A stretch of DNA of 64,000 nt from positions 69,444 to 133,443 of the forward strand of contig CAWAPY010000018.1 of NCBI GenBank assembly GCA_963784055.1, read 5' to 3'. This DNA comes from an uncultured Actinomycetota bacterium (GTDB lineage Bacteria > Actinomycetota > UBA4738 > HRBIN12). Position numbers and translations under genes: made by a program. The notes under the pieces were generated by a model. That model was not told the DNA's origin. It made no database searches and was given only the letters and a program-made list of their open reading frames with translations. Below, piece by piece: positions 50,615-61,970 of this stretch; position 1 is the stretch's first letter, and the number at the start of each line of letters is the position of its first letter.

Positions 50615-52539
50615 GTGCCCGACCTCGAGAGCGTGCTCGCCGGACTGAACGATTCCCAGCGGGAAGCCGCGCTCGCACTCCGCGGACCGGTCGCGATCGT
50701 GGCCGGCGCGGGGACGGGGAAGACGACCACGATCACGCATCGGATCGCCTGTCAGGTCCGGAGCGGTGCGTTCGACGCGTCGCAGATCCTCGCCGTGACC
50801 TTCACCGACAAGGCGGCGGGTGAGCTGAAACGGCGACTCGAGGCGCTCGAGGTCGACGGGGTGGAGGCGCGCACGTTCCACTCCGCCGCGCTGTCGCAGC
50901 TCTCGCGCCTGTGGTCTGCGCACACCGGCGACCCGCTCCCCGACGTCTTGGACGCCAAGGCGCCGCTCATCGCTTCCCTCGCGAACGCGTTGCCCCCACC
51001 ACACAAGTTCCTCCCACGACGCGAGCTCGCGAGCGAGATCGAGTGGGCCAAGAACAGGATGATCGAGCCCGCCCGCTACCTCGAAGAGCTCGGCGACCAC
51101 GAGCCGCCGATCCCCGCGGAGCTGATGCTGCGGATCTACGACGGCTACGAGCGTCGCAAGCGCGCGATGGGCCGGTTGGACTTCGAGGACATGCTCGGAC
51201 TCGCCCTCCGGCTGTTCGACGACCATCCCGATGCCGCGGACGCCGTCCGATCGCGGTTCTCCGCGTTCACCGTGGACGAGTTCCAGGACGTGAACCCGCT
51301 GCAAGCGGGCTTGCTCGATCGGTGGCTCGGCGAGCGCGACGATCTCTGCGTCGTGGGTGACGACTACCAGACGATCTACGCGTTCACGGGGGCGTCACCC
51401 GAACACCTGCTGGACTTCACACGTCGATTCCCGCACGCGACGGTCGTTCGCCTCGAAGAGAACTACCGGTCCTCCCCGGAGATCCTCGAGCTCGCGAACC
51501 GGCTCGTGCCCAGCCTCGGCGGGATCCGGAAGACCCTCCGACCGAACAGACCGTCCGGCCCGTCGCCTGTCGCCCGCGCCGAGCCCGATGAGGGCGCCGA
51601 GGTCGCCGCCGTCGTGCAGGCGGTGCAGCGGCTGCACGTGGAGGAGGCCGTGCCGCTCGAGGAGATCGCGGTGCTCTCCCGGATCAACGCCCGATCCGAG
51701 CCCTTCGAGGAAGCGTTCGTCGCCGCGGGCATCCCGTACCAGGTTCGCGACGGAGCGTTCCTGCGGCGACCCGGACCGCGCGGCGTCGTGCAGCGGCTGC
51801 AGCGGGCGAGCGCGGCACACCCCGTGGCAGAGGCAGTCGCCGGCATCACCGACAGCTCGGGTACGACCCCGACGCCTCACCCGACGCCGACGAGGAGGTG
51901 ACGCGCCAGTCCGACCTCGCGCGCATGCGCTCCCTGGCGTCGGAGTTCGAGGGAACGCATCCCGATGGCGGCACGGCGGCGTTCCTCGCCGAGCTGGCCC
52001 AGCGGTTCTCCACCGCGCACAGCGGCCGCGGCGTGAACCTGCTCACCTATCACCGGGCGAAGGGGCTCGAGTTCGACGCCGTGTTCCTCCCGCGCATGAT
52101 CGACGGCGAGCTCCCGTTCCGTTCGGGCAGAGCCAAGGCCGATCCTCGCGAGGAGCGACGGCTGCTCTACGTGGGGATCACGCGCGCCCGCCGCTACCTC
52201 TTCCTCACGTGGCCCCGTGGCGGTCGTTCGCGGCCGAGCCCGTTCCTCCAGGAGATGGGGCTCTCGGCGGGAGGACGTCCCGCTCGGACCTCGGCGTCGA
52301 ACGTGTCGGTCGCCGTGACCCGCGGCGGCCCATTGTTCGATCGGCTCAAGGACTGGCGCCGCAAGCGCGCGCAGGCGGACGGCGTTCCGGCCTACGTCGT
52401 GTTCCACGACCGCACGCTCGCCGAGATCGCGGAGCGGAAGTGCAAGGACTGGGCCGACCTCGCGGCGGTCTCCGGCGTGGGACCCGCGAAGCTCGAGCGG
52501 TACGCGGACGAGATCCTGGCGGTCGTCGCGCAGGGCTAG
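50615..52539 (+). pseudogene. UvrD/PcrA-family ATP-dependent DNA helicase with C-terminal HRDC domain; one frame break near 51870
   Basis: LNDSQREAA...AGAGTGKTTT (Walker A)...VDEFQDVN...ENYRSS... then TYHRAKGLEFDAVFL...LLYVGITRAR. HRDC: RKRAQADGVPAYVVFHDRTLAEIA...VSGVGPAKLERY. Confidence 0.8.
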
Positions 52540-54139
52540 GCGTCAGAGCTCCGCGGCTCGGGATCGCGCCCGTACCCACCGCCGCCTCCCGATCGAGCGC
52601 TCAGGACATCCCCCACGTCGAGCGGCCCGTAGGCGGTGACGCGGTCGGTCAGGACGACCTCCCGATCGGTGCCGGGGTTGATGATGAGGATCCCGGGCAG
52701 TCCATCCTCACCGCCGTCGAAGCCCTTCGCGAGCGGATCGTGCGTGTTCTCCACCGTGTACTGCATCTGGACCCCCGGCTCGAGGATCCGGAAGTCGCGG
52801 GCGACCCCCGGTCCGCCGCGCCGCCGTCCCGCTCCCCCGGATCCCGGCAGCAGCTCGTGGCGCTCAACCCGGATCGGATAACGCGTCTCGATCACCTCGA
52901 CGGGGGTGTTCCGGGTATCACCGTCGCCGACGAAGATGAGCGCGGGCCCGTCGTGATCGGGCCGAGCGCCCGCTCCTCCGGGGTGGACGTCGGTGAACAC
53001 GAAGGGCGCGCCGTCGCGCGCATCCACTCGGTAGAGATCCACCCCGAAGATCTGATAGCCCCCGGCGGGAGCGCGATCGGGAAGGATCGGGGCCAGCGCG
53101 CGGATCACGAGCTCGATCAACGCGACTCCGACGTAGCCGTACGAGTCGACCGGTGCCGGGCGTTCCGGGCTCACGAGGAGGCCGGGGGCCACCTCGAAGT
53201 CGAAGACGCTCACATGGCCTTCGTTCCCGATCTCGTGGGGGGCGAGCAGCCCCTTCAAGGCACAGCGCACGTCGCACCTCGCCCCCGGGTCGTTGATCGG
53301 CCCCGCAGCGGTCGCGCTCGTGCCGTCGAAGCGGACGCTCAGGCTCGTCCCCGAGATGTCGATCTGCACCGCGACACGTTGGCGCCGCGTCCGGTCGATC
53401 CCGTCGTGATCCAGCTCGACGCTCGCCTCGTATCGACCGTCCGGGAGCGCGGCGATCCGAGCCCGCATCCCCGCTTCGGTCCGGCGGATGATCCGATCGG
53501 TGGCATCGACCACCACGTCCGCGCCGAACCGATCGCAGAGTCGCTGGACGCGCTCCGCCCCACGACGGCACGCGGCGAGCTGCGCCGCGAGATCACCACG
53601 CACGAGGTCGGGAACCCGAACGTTCGACACGATCAGCTCCATCAGGTCATCGTTCGGCACGCCGGCGCGGAAGAGTCGCTGGTGCGTGAAGCAGAGCCCC
53701 TCTTGGTACACATCCGTCGTGTCGGGAGCCCACCCGCCCGGGCTCTTGCCGCCGATGTCGGCCCAGTGAGCGGTGACGATCGTGAACGCGAGCAGACGAT
53801 CGTCGTGGAACACCGGCGTGTACACGGAGGTATCCGAGATGTGCGTACCGGTCAGGTAGGGGTCGTTCACGATCAGCGCATCGCCTTCGCGGAACGTGTC
53901 GAGGCCGCGCGCCTGGATGCCGGACCGGATCGTGTCGGAGAGAGCGCTGATGAACCCGGCGATGCCGGGAGCCTCCGCCCACAGACGAGCGTCGGCGCCC
54001 ACGATCCCGAGACCGAAGTCCTGGACCTCGTACAGGAGCGGGTTGTGCGCGGTCCGGACCAGCGTCCGGTTCATCTCGAGCGCGGCGGCTGCGAGACCTC
54101 CCGGATCACCTCCGTGTCGACCGGATCGGCCCGGTTCAC
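52536..54139 (-). pseudogene. hyuB: Hydantoinase B / oxoprolinase family protein; one frame break near 54098
   Basis: GTG 54139 overlaps the hyuA stop (GTGA). VNRADPVDTEVIR | GGLAAAALEMNRTLVRTAHNPLLYEVQDF...NDPYLTGTHISD. Confidence 0.8.
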
Positions 54140-56178
54140 GATGGCTCCTGACGGGTCAGCACCAGGTTGCCCTCCCGGTCCACGTGCCCGACCCACCCGG
54201 GCGGCACCAGCGTGGTGGAGCTCCATTCCTCGATGATCGCGGGGCCCCGGATCGGTTGGCCGACGGCGAGTGACTCGCGATCGAAGACGCGCGTCGACAC
54301 GGCTCCCCCTGCCTCCCGGAAGAACACCTGCCGTTCGGATCGTGGGCCGATCTCGGTGGTCACCGCCAATCGAGGCCAGCGGAGCTCCTCCCCCGGGACC
54401 ACTCCCCGGCAGCGGAGGGTGACCAGCTCCACGCGCGCCTCGGTGTCTCCGTGTCCGTACAGCTGACGATGACGGGCGACGAATGCTTCGTGGAGCGCGT
54501 CCACGTCGCCGATCCCCCACGCCGGATCGACGTCCACCGTGACGGTGTGCTCTTGACCTTCGAATCGAAGATCCGCCCGAGGTTCGGCGCGGACCTGCTC
54601 GGGAGAGAACCCCAGATCTGCGAGGCGCTCGGTGACCTCGAGGCGCAACGATCCGAGCTCGGCGAGGACGCCCGGCATCAGGGACTCCTCGAGCGGGGCG
54701 ACCCGCGTCGTGGATGCGTCCTCGCGGTGCTCCGACGTCAAGATCCCCCATGCGGAGAAGGTCGCCGGCGCGCTCGGCACGACGATCGTGCCGATGTCGA
54801 GCTCGAGGGCGGTGGAGGCGGCGAACAAGCCGCCACCACCGCCGTACGCGTAGAGGACGAACGTGCGGGGGTCGATGCCCCGTTCCACCGTCGCCGAATG
54901 GATCGCATCGGCCATCGCCGTCTCCGCGATCCTGAGGATCCCGTCCGCCGCTTCCTCGACGTCGAGTCCCAGGGGCGTGGCCACGCGGTCGGAGATCGCG
55001 CGGACCGCTGCCGCGACATCCAGCACCATCCGGGAGCCGAGGAAGCGATCCGGGTCGAGGCGTCCGAGGACGAGATGGCAATCGGTCACCGTCGGCACGT
55101 CCCCTCCGAAGCCGAAGCAGGCCGGCCCGGGGCGGGCTCCGGCGCTCCTCGGCCCCACCCGCAGGGCGCCCAGCTCGTCGATCCAGGCCACGGACCCGCC
55201 GCCCGCACCGATCGAGGTCACATCCACGGTCGGTGCGAGGGCCGGCAGGCCCGCGATCTCCACCTCGGTCCGCTCATGGACGCGACCGTTCTCGATGATC
55301 GCCACGTCGAACGTGGTTCCGCCGACGTCCGTGCAGATCGCATCGGGGTGTCCCAGTCGTCGGGCCAGTGACGCCACGCCCACCACACCGCCGGCGGGTC
55401 CGGACGACAACGTCCGGACGGGCAGGTCGACCGCGCGCTCCAGCGTCATCACCCCCCCGTTCGACTGCATCACGCCGATCGGCGCTTCCATCCCGGCATC
55501 GGTGAGCCGGCGCCGCAACGCGTCCAGCGAGGCGACGAACGGGGGCTGCACGTAGGCGTTGATCACGGCGGTCGACGTCCGTTCGTACTCGTGCCACTCG
55601 GATGCGATCGCCGAGGACACGGTCACGGGGAGATCCGGATGGCGGCGGCGGATCGCGTCCGCGGCCTCCCGCTCGTGCTTCGGGTTCGCGTACGCATGCA
55701 GGAAGCAGACAGCGACGACGTCGACGCCCTCGCCGACGAGCGAGTCGACCTCGGCTTCCAGGCCCGCCAGGTCGAGCGGCTCCACCTCCCCGCCGCGCGC
55801 ATCGAGCCGCTCCGCGACCTCACGGCGCAGCACCCGGGGCACGAGGGGCTCCGGCGGCACCCACACCCAGTCGTAGATGGAGGGTCGATTCCCTCGTGCC
55901 AGCTCGAGCACGTCGCGGAACCCCCGAGTCGTGATGAGTCCGACGGTCGCTCCGGATCGCTGGAGGAGGGTGTTGATGGCCACCGTGGACCCGTGGAGGA
56001 GGCGATCGACATCCGACGGTGATCCGGGCAATCGATCCAGTGCGGCCGACACCTCCGCTGCCAGCCGATCGGGGGTCGACGGCTGCTTCTCGATCGTCAC
56101 CTCACCCGAGGTGCGATCGAGGGACACGACGTCGATGAACGTGCCGCCCACGTCCACCGCGATCACGCGCGAGCTCAC
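54136..56178 (-). CDS. hyuA: Hydantoinase A / oxoprolinase family protein (ATP-dependent)
   Basis: Intact 680 aa. MSSRVIAVDVGGTFIDVV...SSGPAGGVVG...CTDVGGTTFDV. Confidence 0.9.
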   Translation of the reverse strand: MSSRVIAVDVGGTFIDVVSLDRTSGEVTIEKQPSTPDRLAAEVSAALDRLPGSPSDVDRLLHGSTVAINTLLQRSGATVGLITTRGFRDVLELARGNRPSIYDWVWVPPEPLVPRVLRREVAERLDARGGEVEPLDLAGLEAEVDSLVGEGVDVVAVCFLHAYANPKHEREAADAIRRRHPDLPVTVSSAIASEWHEYERTSTAVINAYVQPPFVASLDALRRRLTDAGMEAPIGVMQSNGGVMTLERAVDLPVRTLSSGPAGGVVGVASLARRLGHPDAICTDVGGTTFDVAIIENGRVHERTEVEIAGLPALAPTVDVTSIGAGGGSVAWIDELGALRVGPRSAGARPGPACFGFGGDVPTVTDCHLVLGRLDPDRFLGSRMVLDVAAAVRAISDRVATPLGLDVEEAADGILRIAETAMADAIHSATVERGIDPRTFVLYAYGGGGGLFAASTALELDIGTIVVPSAPATFSAWGILTSEHREDASTTRVAPLEESLMPGVLAELGSLRLEVTERLADLGFSPEQVRAEPRADLRFEGQEHTVTVDVDPAWGIGDVDALHEAFVARHRQLYGHGDTEARVELVTLRCRGVVPGEELRWPRLAVTTEIGPRSERQVFFREAGGAVSTRVFDRESLAVGQPIRGPAIIEEWSSTTLVPPGWVGHVDREGNLVLTRQEPS

Positions 56179-56200
56179 GAGCCCCTCCTGGGCAAGGCGA

Positions 56201-57388
56201 TCACGCTCGGAGGAGCGCCGTCGAGAACGGATACGGGCACAGCACGCGGCAGCCGTCCGACGTGACCACGATCTGATCGCCGAGCTTCACCCCGTCGCGG
56301 CCCCCGGGTTCACCGGCATACAGCTCCACCACCAGCGCCATGTCCTCTTCGATGCTCGTGTCCGGGTTGGACTGGCGGTCGTGCGGGTGGCACACGCTCG
56401 GGTTCTCCTCCTCCAGACCGATGCCGTGGACCATGCATTCGTAGCGCTGCGCCAGGTAGCGCTGGGGGATCGGCGGGGCGAGCTCGGCGAGCTCCCCGCA
56501 CGTCACGCCCGGCCGGATCAGCTCCTCCATCCCCCGGAGCCACTCGTGCGACGCACGGTAGGCGTCGCGTTGGAGGGCCGAGGGAGGCGCGTCCCCCACC
56601 GGGAAGGTCCGCGACACGCAGAAGAACATCCCCTCGATGCCGACGGTGTCGGTATCGACGTAGACGAGGTCGCCGGACGCGAGCCGTCGGTCGGTCGCCT
56701 CGGCCCGCCACGGATTCGTGTTCGGCCCGCCACACACCGTGTTCGTGGCGAGGTACTCCCCACCCCCGCGGATCATGACGCCGGCGAGCACCGCGAGCAG
56801 GTCTCGCTCGCTCACGCCCGGTGCGATCGCCGCCTCGAAGGCCGCGAGCATCTCCATCACCATCGCGGCGTTCACATCGAGCAACCGCAGCTCCTGTGGA
56901 GTCTTCACGCGCCGCGCCTCCTGCGTCACCGGTGCCGAGTCGCCGACCCGGATCCCGCGCTTCGCGAACGCCAGGTACGCGGGCGCACCCAGCCGGTCCA
57001 CGGCGACCGTCGATCCCTCGGCGCCGACCTCTCGAACGGCTGCACGGATCACCTCGGCCCAGGTATCGGCCTCGGCCTGTTGGTCGTCGAAGAACTCCCA
57101 CGCGTGCATCGGACGCACGTCGGGAGTCCGCAGCGCCGAGCGGTGTATCGAGTTGCCGTGCTCGAACAGGATCGGCGTCCCCTCCTGCGGGACGACGGCG
57201 CACCGGACGAACGTGCTCATCGCATAGACGGGCATCGCACTCGCACCGGTCGCGTAGCGGATGTTCGGTTCGTTGGAGAGGAGGCAGACCTCGACATCGT
57301 GCGCATGCATCGCGGCCTGGAGCCTCGCCAGCCGCTCGAGGCGGAGAGCCTCGACGTCGTACCGCTCGCCCGTCGCCACATCGGTCAC
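56201..57388 (-). CDS. M24-family metallopeptidase (creatinase / Xaa-Pro dipeptidase-like)
   Basis: GTG 57388. N-terminal creatinase-type domain, then the pita-bread core (GDLVYVDTD...HGIGLEEENP...VELY). Ends 22 nt upstream of the hyuA start. Confidence 0.8.
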   Translation of the reverse strand: MTDVATGERYDVEALRLERLARLQAAMHAHDVEVCLLSNEPNIRYATGASAMPVYAMSTFVRCAVVPQEGTPILFEHGNSIHRSALRTPDVRPMHAWEFFDDQQAEADTWAEVIRAAVREVGAEGSTVAVDRLGAPAYLAFAKRGIRVGDSAPVTQEARRVKTPQELRLLDVNAAMVMEMLAAFEAAIAPGVSERDLLAVLAGVMIRGGGEYLATNTVCGGPNTNPWRAEATDRRLASGDLVYVDTDTVGIEGMFFCVSRTFPVGDAPPSALQRDAYRASHEWLRGMEELIRPGVTCGELAELAPPIPQRYLAQRYECMVHGIGLEEENPSVCHPHDRQSNPDTSIEEDMALVVELYAGEPGGRDGVKLGDQIVVTSDGCRVLCPYPFSTALLRA

Positions 57389-57436
57389 GGCGGATGGATA
57401 GCACGGAACGCCGGACGGCGCCCCTATCGTTGAGCC

Positions 57437-58670
57437 GTGCGGGTTCCGGTCGAGGTGCCGTCGTCGAGGTGGTGGACCGTGGACGCCGTCCTGTACGGGT
57501 GCTCGGCGCTCGTCGCCGGACTGACCGCCTCGACGGCGGGGATCCCGCTCCAGCGGTGGTGGGGGCGGTTCGCGCTGTGGCCCTATGTGCTCGCGGCGGC
57601 GATCGCGCTCATCGCCGTCCGGATCCCCGGGAACGAGGCGCAGCACCGCCGCCGCCGGACGATCCTGGTCGCCGTGGTCTTCGCCGCGACCGCGATCGCA
57701 CCGATGGCCGTGGCGGCGAGTCGCCGCGCCGGCCGGTGACCCCGGCGCGTACGCCCAATCCGAGGTGATCATCGTGGAGGAGGCGGCGACCGCTCTCCGC
57801 GACGCCAGGGACCCCTACGTCGCCGAGTATCGCGACGGACCGCTCGCGGATCGGCCCGTGGCGACCCAGGTCCACTTCCCGTATCTCCCCGGCATGCTCG
57901 CGTTCGGTGTCCCGAGAGCGCTGGCCGGTCACGCCGCATGGACGGATGCTCGGGTCTGGTTCACCGTGGTCGCCTTCGCGCTCGCGGGCATGGGCCTGCG
58001 TCGGATGGCGGTCGCGCCCGAGGATCGCCTGCGGACGTTCCAGGTGCTGTTCGCGCTGCCCACCGGCGCGGTGCTCCTCGCGACCGGAGGGGTCGACATC
58101 CCCGTGATCGCGATGCTGCTGGGAGCCACCGTCCTGGTGAGCGCCAACCGGCCCCTCGCCGCAGGGGTGATGGGTGGGCTCGCCCTCGCCGCCAAGCAGA
58201 CCTCCATCCTCGTCCTCCCGTTCCTCGTGCTCGCGCTCCCCCGAGGAGATCCGCGGCGGCGGTTCGTCATCACGGTCGGCGCCGTGGGCGCCGCCGTCAT
58301 CGTGCCGTTCGCTCTGTGGGACCTGGACGCGTTCGTGGAGGACGCGATCCTGTTCCCCCTCGGCCTCGGACAGGGGGAGTCGGCGGCAGCGACGCCCACC
58401 CTCGGCTCGCTGCTCGTCGACCTCTTCCCGTCGTCTCGGACCGCGGTCACCGCACTCCTGGTGGCGGCGATCGTCGTCATCGCTGCCGTCCTCCTCTTCC
58501 GCGGCCGCGGGCCGTCCCTGTCCCAGGCATGTGCGCGCGCCGCCGGAGTCTTCGTCGCCGCGATCGCGCTCGCACCGGCGGCTCGCGTCGGCTACCTCGT
58601 GTACCCCGCCAACCTGATCGTCTGGGCGATCGCGTTCCGCGATCCCGATCGGAGAGAGGCCGCGGGCTGA
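57437..58670 (+). pseudogene. Polytopic membrane protein, GT87/DUF2029-like (putative glycosyltransferase); one frame break near 57735
   Basis: About 10 hydrophobic segments. FPYLPGMLAFGVP motif region. The family call is by resemblance only. Confidence 0.5.
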
Positions 58671-58672
58671 GC

Positions 58673-59950
58673 TCAGTGCCAGCCGCGAGCGCGGCCGGCC
58701 TCGGCGACCCGGTTGACGGCGATCTCGTACGCCGCCATGCGATGCGAGACCCCTCCCTCGTCGGCGCGCTCCAGCACGAGATCGGTGGCCGAGTCCATCA
58801 GCTCCTGGAGGCGCGCGTTCACTCGCTCCTCGCTCCATCGCTCGCGCTGGAGATTCTGCACCCATTCGAGGTAGCTGACCGTGACGCCTCCCGCGCTGCC
58901 GAGGATGTCCGGGATCACCCACACGCCGCGGTCATGGAGGAGCCCGTCGGCCTCGGGGGTCGTGGGGTGGTTCGCGATCTCCAACACGAGGTTGGCTCGC
59001 ACCCGTTCAGCGTTGTCGACCCGGAGCGACTCCTCGAGCGCCGCAGGAGCGAGCACCTCGCATCCGATCCCGATCAGGTCATCTCCCTCGATCGAGTCCG
59101 CATGCTTGAAGCCCACCACGCTGCCGGTCTGCTGCTTGTGCTCGAGCACGTCGAAGGGAACGAGCCCCTCGGCGTTGATCGCTGCCCCGCGTGAATCGGA
59201 CACCCCGACCACGCGGTATCCCGACTGGTGCGCCAGCTGCGCGAACCAGGCACCGGCGTTCCCGAACCCCTGCACCGCGATCCGGATGTGCTCCCGTGTC
59301 CAACGGCGGGATCGCGCGATGCGATCGAGGGCGAATATCGCTCCCCGACCGGTCGCGGCATCCCGTCCCAGCGAGCCCCCGAGCTTCACGGGCTTGCCCG
59401 TGATCACGGCGGGTGAGTCTCCGCGCGACCGTGAGTACTCGTCGTACATCCACGCCATCTCACGGGGACCGGTGTTCACGTCGGGGGCAGGGATGTCTCG
59501 ATACGGCCCGACCACCATCTCGATCGCCGAGAAGTACGACCTGCAGAGGCGCTCGAGCTCGTTGACGGACAGGGTCTTCGGATCGACCTTCACCCCGCCC
59601 TTGGCGCCTCCGAACGGGACGTCGAGGAGCGCCGTCTTCCACGTCATCAGCGCGGAGAAGCAGCGGAACTCGTCGCGGGACGCGTCGGGATGGAAGCGGA
59701 GCCCGCCCTTGAACGGCCCGCGCGCACCGTTGTGCTGGATCCGCCACCCCGGGTAGACATCGAACGTGCCGTCGTCGCGGGACACGCGTACCGACACCGC
59801 CACCTCTCGGCGGTGCGTCGAGAGCACCTTCCGGGCTCCGTCGTCGAGGCCGAGCCGGTCGGCGGCGACGTCGAGATGACCCTGGACCGCGTCGAACAGC
59901 CGCTCCGCCGAGGCGGCCTCGTGTGCCGATGCGACGTCGACGATCTTCAT
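58673..59950 (-). CDS. gdhA: Glu/Leu/Phe/Val dehydrogenase family (glutamate dehydrogenase)
   Basis: ATG 59950. ...GPFKGGLRFHP...LMTWKTALLDVPFGGAKGG...VQGFGNAG. Confidence 0.88.
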   Translation of the reverse strand: MKIVDVASAHEAASAERLFDAVQGHLDVAADRLGLDDGARKVLSTHRREVAVSVRVSRDDGTFDVYPGWRIQHNGARGPFKGGLRFHPDASRDEFRCFSALMTWKTALLDVPFGGAKGGVKVDPKTLSVNELERLCRSYFSAIEMVVGPYRDIPAPDVNTGPREMAWMYDEYSRSRGDSPAVITGKPVKLGGSLGRDAATGRGAIFALDRIARSRRWTREHIRIAVQGFGNAGAWFAQLAHQSGYRVVGVSDSRGAAINAEGLVPFDVLEHKQQTGSVVGFKHADSIEGDDLIGIGCEVLAPAALEESLRVDNAERVRANLVLEIANHPTTPEADGLLHDRGVWVIPDILGSAGGVTVSYLEWVQNLQRERWSEERVNARLQELMDSATDLVLERADEGGVSHRMAAYEIAVNRVAEAGRARGWH

Positions 59951-60062
59951 CCGTGCGCCCCTTCCCGTGTCGGATCGGTCGATCGAGCGGCCTTCGGCCG
60001 GAACGGTCGACCCAACCCATCGAGTCTTCCACGTCCGTGCCGTGCTGTCTGACGAGGAGACC

Positions 60063-60908
60063 TCAGCCGAGCTCCGCGAGCGTTCCCGTGATGCCGGCGA
60101 CGGCGTGCACCGCGTCGCCACCACAGCGGAACGTGACCTCGCTCGTCCCCTTGAAGGCCGAGACGAAGAGGACCCGGCCCACCACCGCGGCGTCCGTCAC
60201 CCGGAGCGTGACGGTCTGACGCCCTTCGACCTCCTCACCGCCGCACCTGGCATCGCTCGGCAGCGACCCTCGATAGACCAGACCACGGCGAACCAGCTCG
60301 AAGCCGAAGAGCGCGACGTTGCATGCTCCTTCGAACGGCGCACAGACGGCCACCATGTCCCATTCCTGGAACGCCCGGTCGCCGACCGCGGGGTTCGGAA
60401 CCCCCTCGAATCGGCTCAGCAGGTCGATCTGTCGGAACACCAACTCGATCCCGTAGAAGCCGGCGAAGTGCGCGTGCTCGATCGGCGGGATCGGCGTGCG
60501 GACGACGATCACCGAGTGACGACCTTGCCCTTCGTCGCCGATCGCGAACACCTCGTAGTCGTACCGTTGACCGATCGACACGTCGGGATCAGTGAATCTG
60601 GTCGAGCCGGGTCCGAGACGGCCAACCTCCTCTTCGTCCCTGAGGATCACATACCTGTTCACGTCTCCCCCTGCGAGCGGAGGCTCCCACGTCAGGGACA
60701 CCGAAGGAGTCACCTCGGTGCACTCCTTCGGAACGCAGACGGTCGCGGAAGCCCCCAGGCTCCGCGGGGAGGTCGGTGGCCCGAACCGGCGCGCCGCGAA
60801 GTAGACGCCGAAGCCAACCCCCGTCGCGATCGCCAGGTCGAGCGCGACGACGAACGCGACGGCTCTCCTGGTCGGTTTCGGCCTCACCGGGATCGGCGCG
60901 TCCATCAT
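60063..60908 (-). CDS. Membrane-anchored FN3-domain protein, unknown function (tandem paralog 2)
   Basis: ATG 60908 overlaps the upstream stop (ATGA). TM VAFVVALDLAIATGVGFGVYF. FN3-like LTWEPP...YVILRDEEEVG...YDYEVFAIG. Cys-containing C-terminal domain. Confidence 0.55.
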   Translation of the reverse strand: MMDAPIPVRPKPTRRAVAFVVALDLAIATGVGFGVYFAARRFGPPTSPRSLGASATVCVPKECTEVTPSVSLTWEPPLAGGDVNRYVILRDEEEVGRLGPGSTRFTDPDVSIGQRYDYEVFAIGDEGQGRHSVIVVRTPIPPIEHAHFAGFYGIELVFRQIDLLSRFEGVPNPAVGDRAFQEWDMVAVCAPFEGACNVALFGFELVRRGLVYRGSLPSDARCGGEEVEGRQTVTLRVTDAAVVGRVLFVSAFKGTSEVTFRCGGDAVHAVAGITGTLAELG

Positions 60909-61738
60909 CCCTGCGCCGTTCCTGTGAAGGTCCAGACGTTTCTCGCCGACAGGCAGTTGGAGACGGAGGGAACGGATTCCGTCAGCGTGCCGGAGATCTT
61001 CGTCGCTCGCCAGGCGTCCCTCACCGTGTGCGCCTGCTCCACGTGAAACTCGACCGTCACCGTCGAGGACGCCGTGAGCCCGTTGCAGTCGAACGTCAGG
61101 AACCCTCCGACTCCGGATCCGTGGTAGCGGGCCCCGTCGTTGCGAGCGGTGCCGGTGTTCCCCGGTTCCTCGAAGGTCCAGCCGACCGGGCACGGTCCTC
61201 GTTCGCACTTCGGCGTGAACGTGATCAGGATCCGGCCCCCTCCGGCGGAGATGCTCGAGGACTGGACCGTCAATGCGAGGACCCATTGCCCCTGCACCCT
61301 CGCGAATGCTTCTGGCAGAGCCTCCGTGCGGATACGAACGCGGGACGGGGGCGACGCACCACGATCGGAACCGATGGCGACGACCTCATATCGGTACCGG
61401 TTCTCCGGGGCGACCTCGTCATCGATGAACTCCGTCTCATCCGTTCTGCCGACGCGGTGCCCGTCGCGGGAGACGACGTAGCTGCTCGCCTCTTCGACCG
61501 GGATCCACGTGAGAGAGAGGGTCCAGGTGTCCGGATCCCCCGTCCACCGCTCCTCTCGCTCGACCCGCAGACCGCTGACCGCCGTGAGGTCGGGCGCCGA
61601 CGGTTGCGGCGTCGTGGCGCTCAGCTCCGCGGGGATGTCGGGCTCCGCGAACAACAGCGCGACGGCGACGGCGATCCCACTCGCCGCGATCGCTCCGAGG
61701 AGACCCCCGGCCAGCAACCTCCTGTACGAGGGTCTCAC
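60905..61738 (-). CDS. Membrane-anchored FN3-domain protein, unknown function (tandem paralog 1)
   Basis: TM LLAGGLLGAIAASGIAVAVALLF. FN3-like LSLTWIPVEEASSYVVSRDGHRVG...YRYEVVAIG. Cys-containing C-terminal domain. Confidence 0.55.
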   Translation of the reverse strand: MRPSYRRLLAGGLLGAIAASGIAVAVALLFAEPDIPAELSATTPQPSAPDLTAVSGLRVEREERWTGDPDTWTLSLTWIPVEEASSYVVSRDGHRVGRTDETEFIDDEVAPENRYRYEVVAIGSDRGASPPSRVRIRTEALPEAFARVQGQWVLALTVQSSSISAGGGRILITFTPKCERGPCPVGWTFEEPGNTGTARNDGARYHGSGVGGFLTFDCNGLTASSTVTVEFHVEQAHTVRDAWRATKISGTLTESVPSVSNCLSARNVWTFTGTAQG

Positions 61739-61970
61739 GGCCGTGTCAGCACGAGTGGGCGGCGCCGGTGGTTCGTCCGTTGCGCCGATGGGCTCCCCCT
61801 TCCGTGCGGGGTGGGTGCTCGCATCCTATCCCCGACGGGCGGCGACCGGGAGTCCCCGAACGGACGGGAGGGAGGACCGGCTCCGGTTGGCCTGACGGGG
61901 ACAACGCACCTACGATGCGCCTACCAGCAACCGGCCGGAACGGCGGCCGAGAGAGGAAGTCGACGACCAG

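Noticed and set aside
58667-58676. Perfect 10-bp palindrome CTGAGCTCAG between the GT87-like gene and gdh.
   Set aside because: It is formed simply by two convergent TGA stop codons 2 nt apart. There is no extended stem or T-tract to support a terminator.
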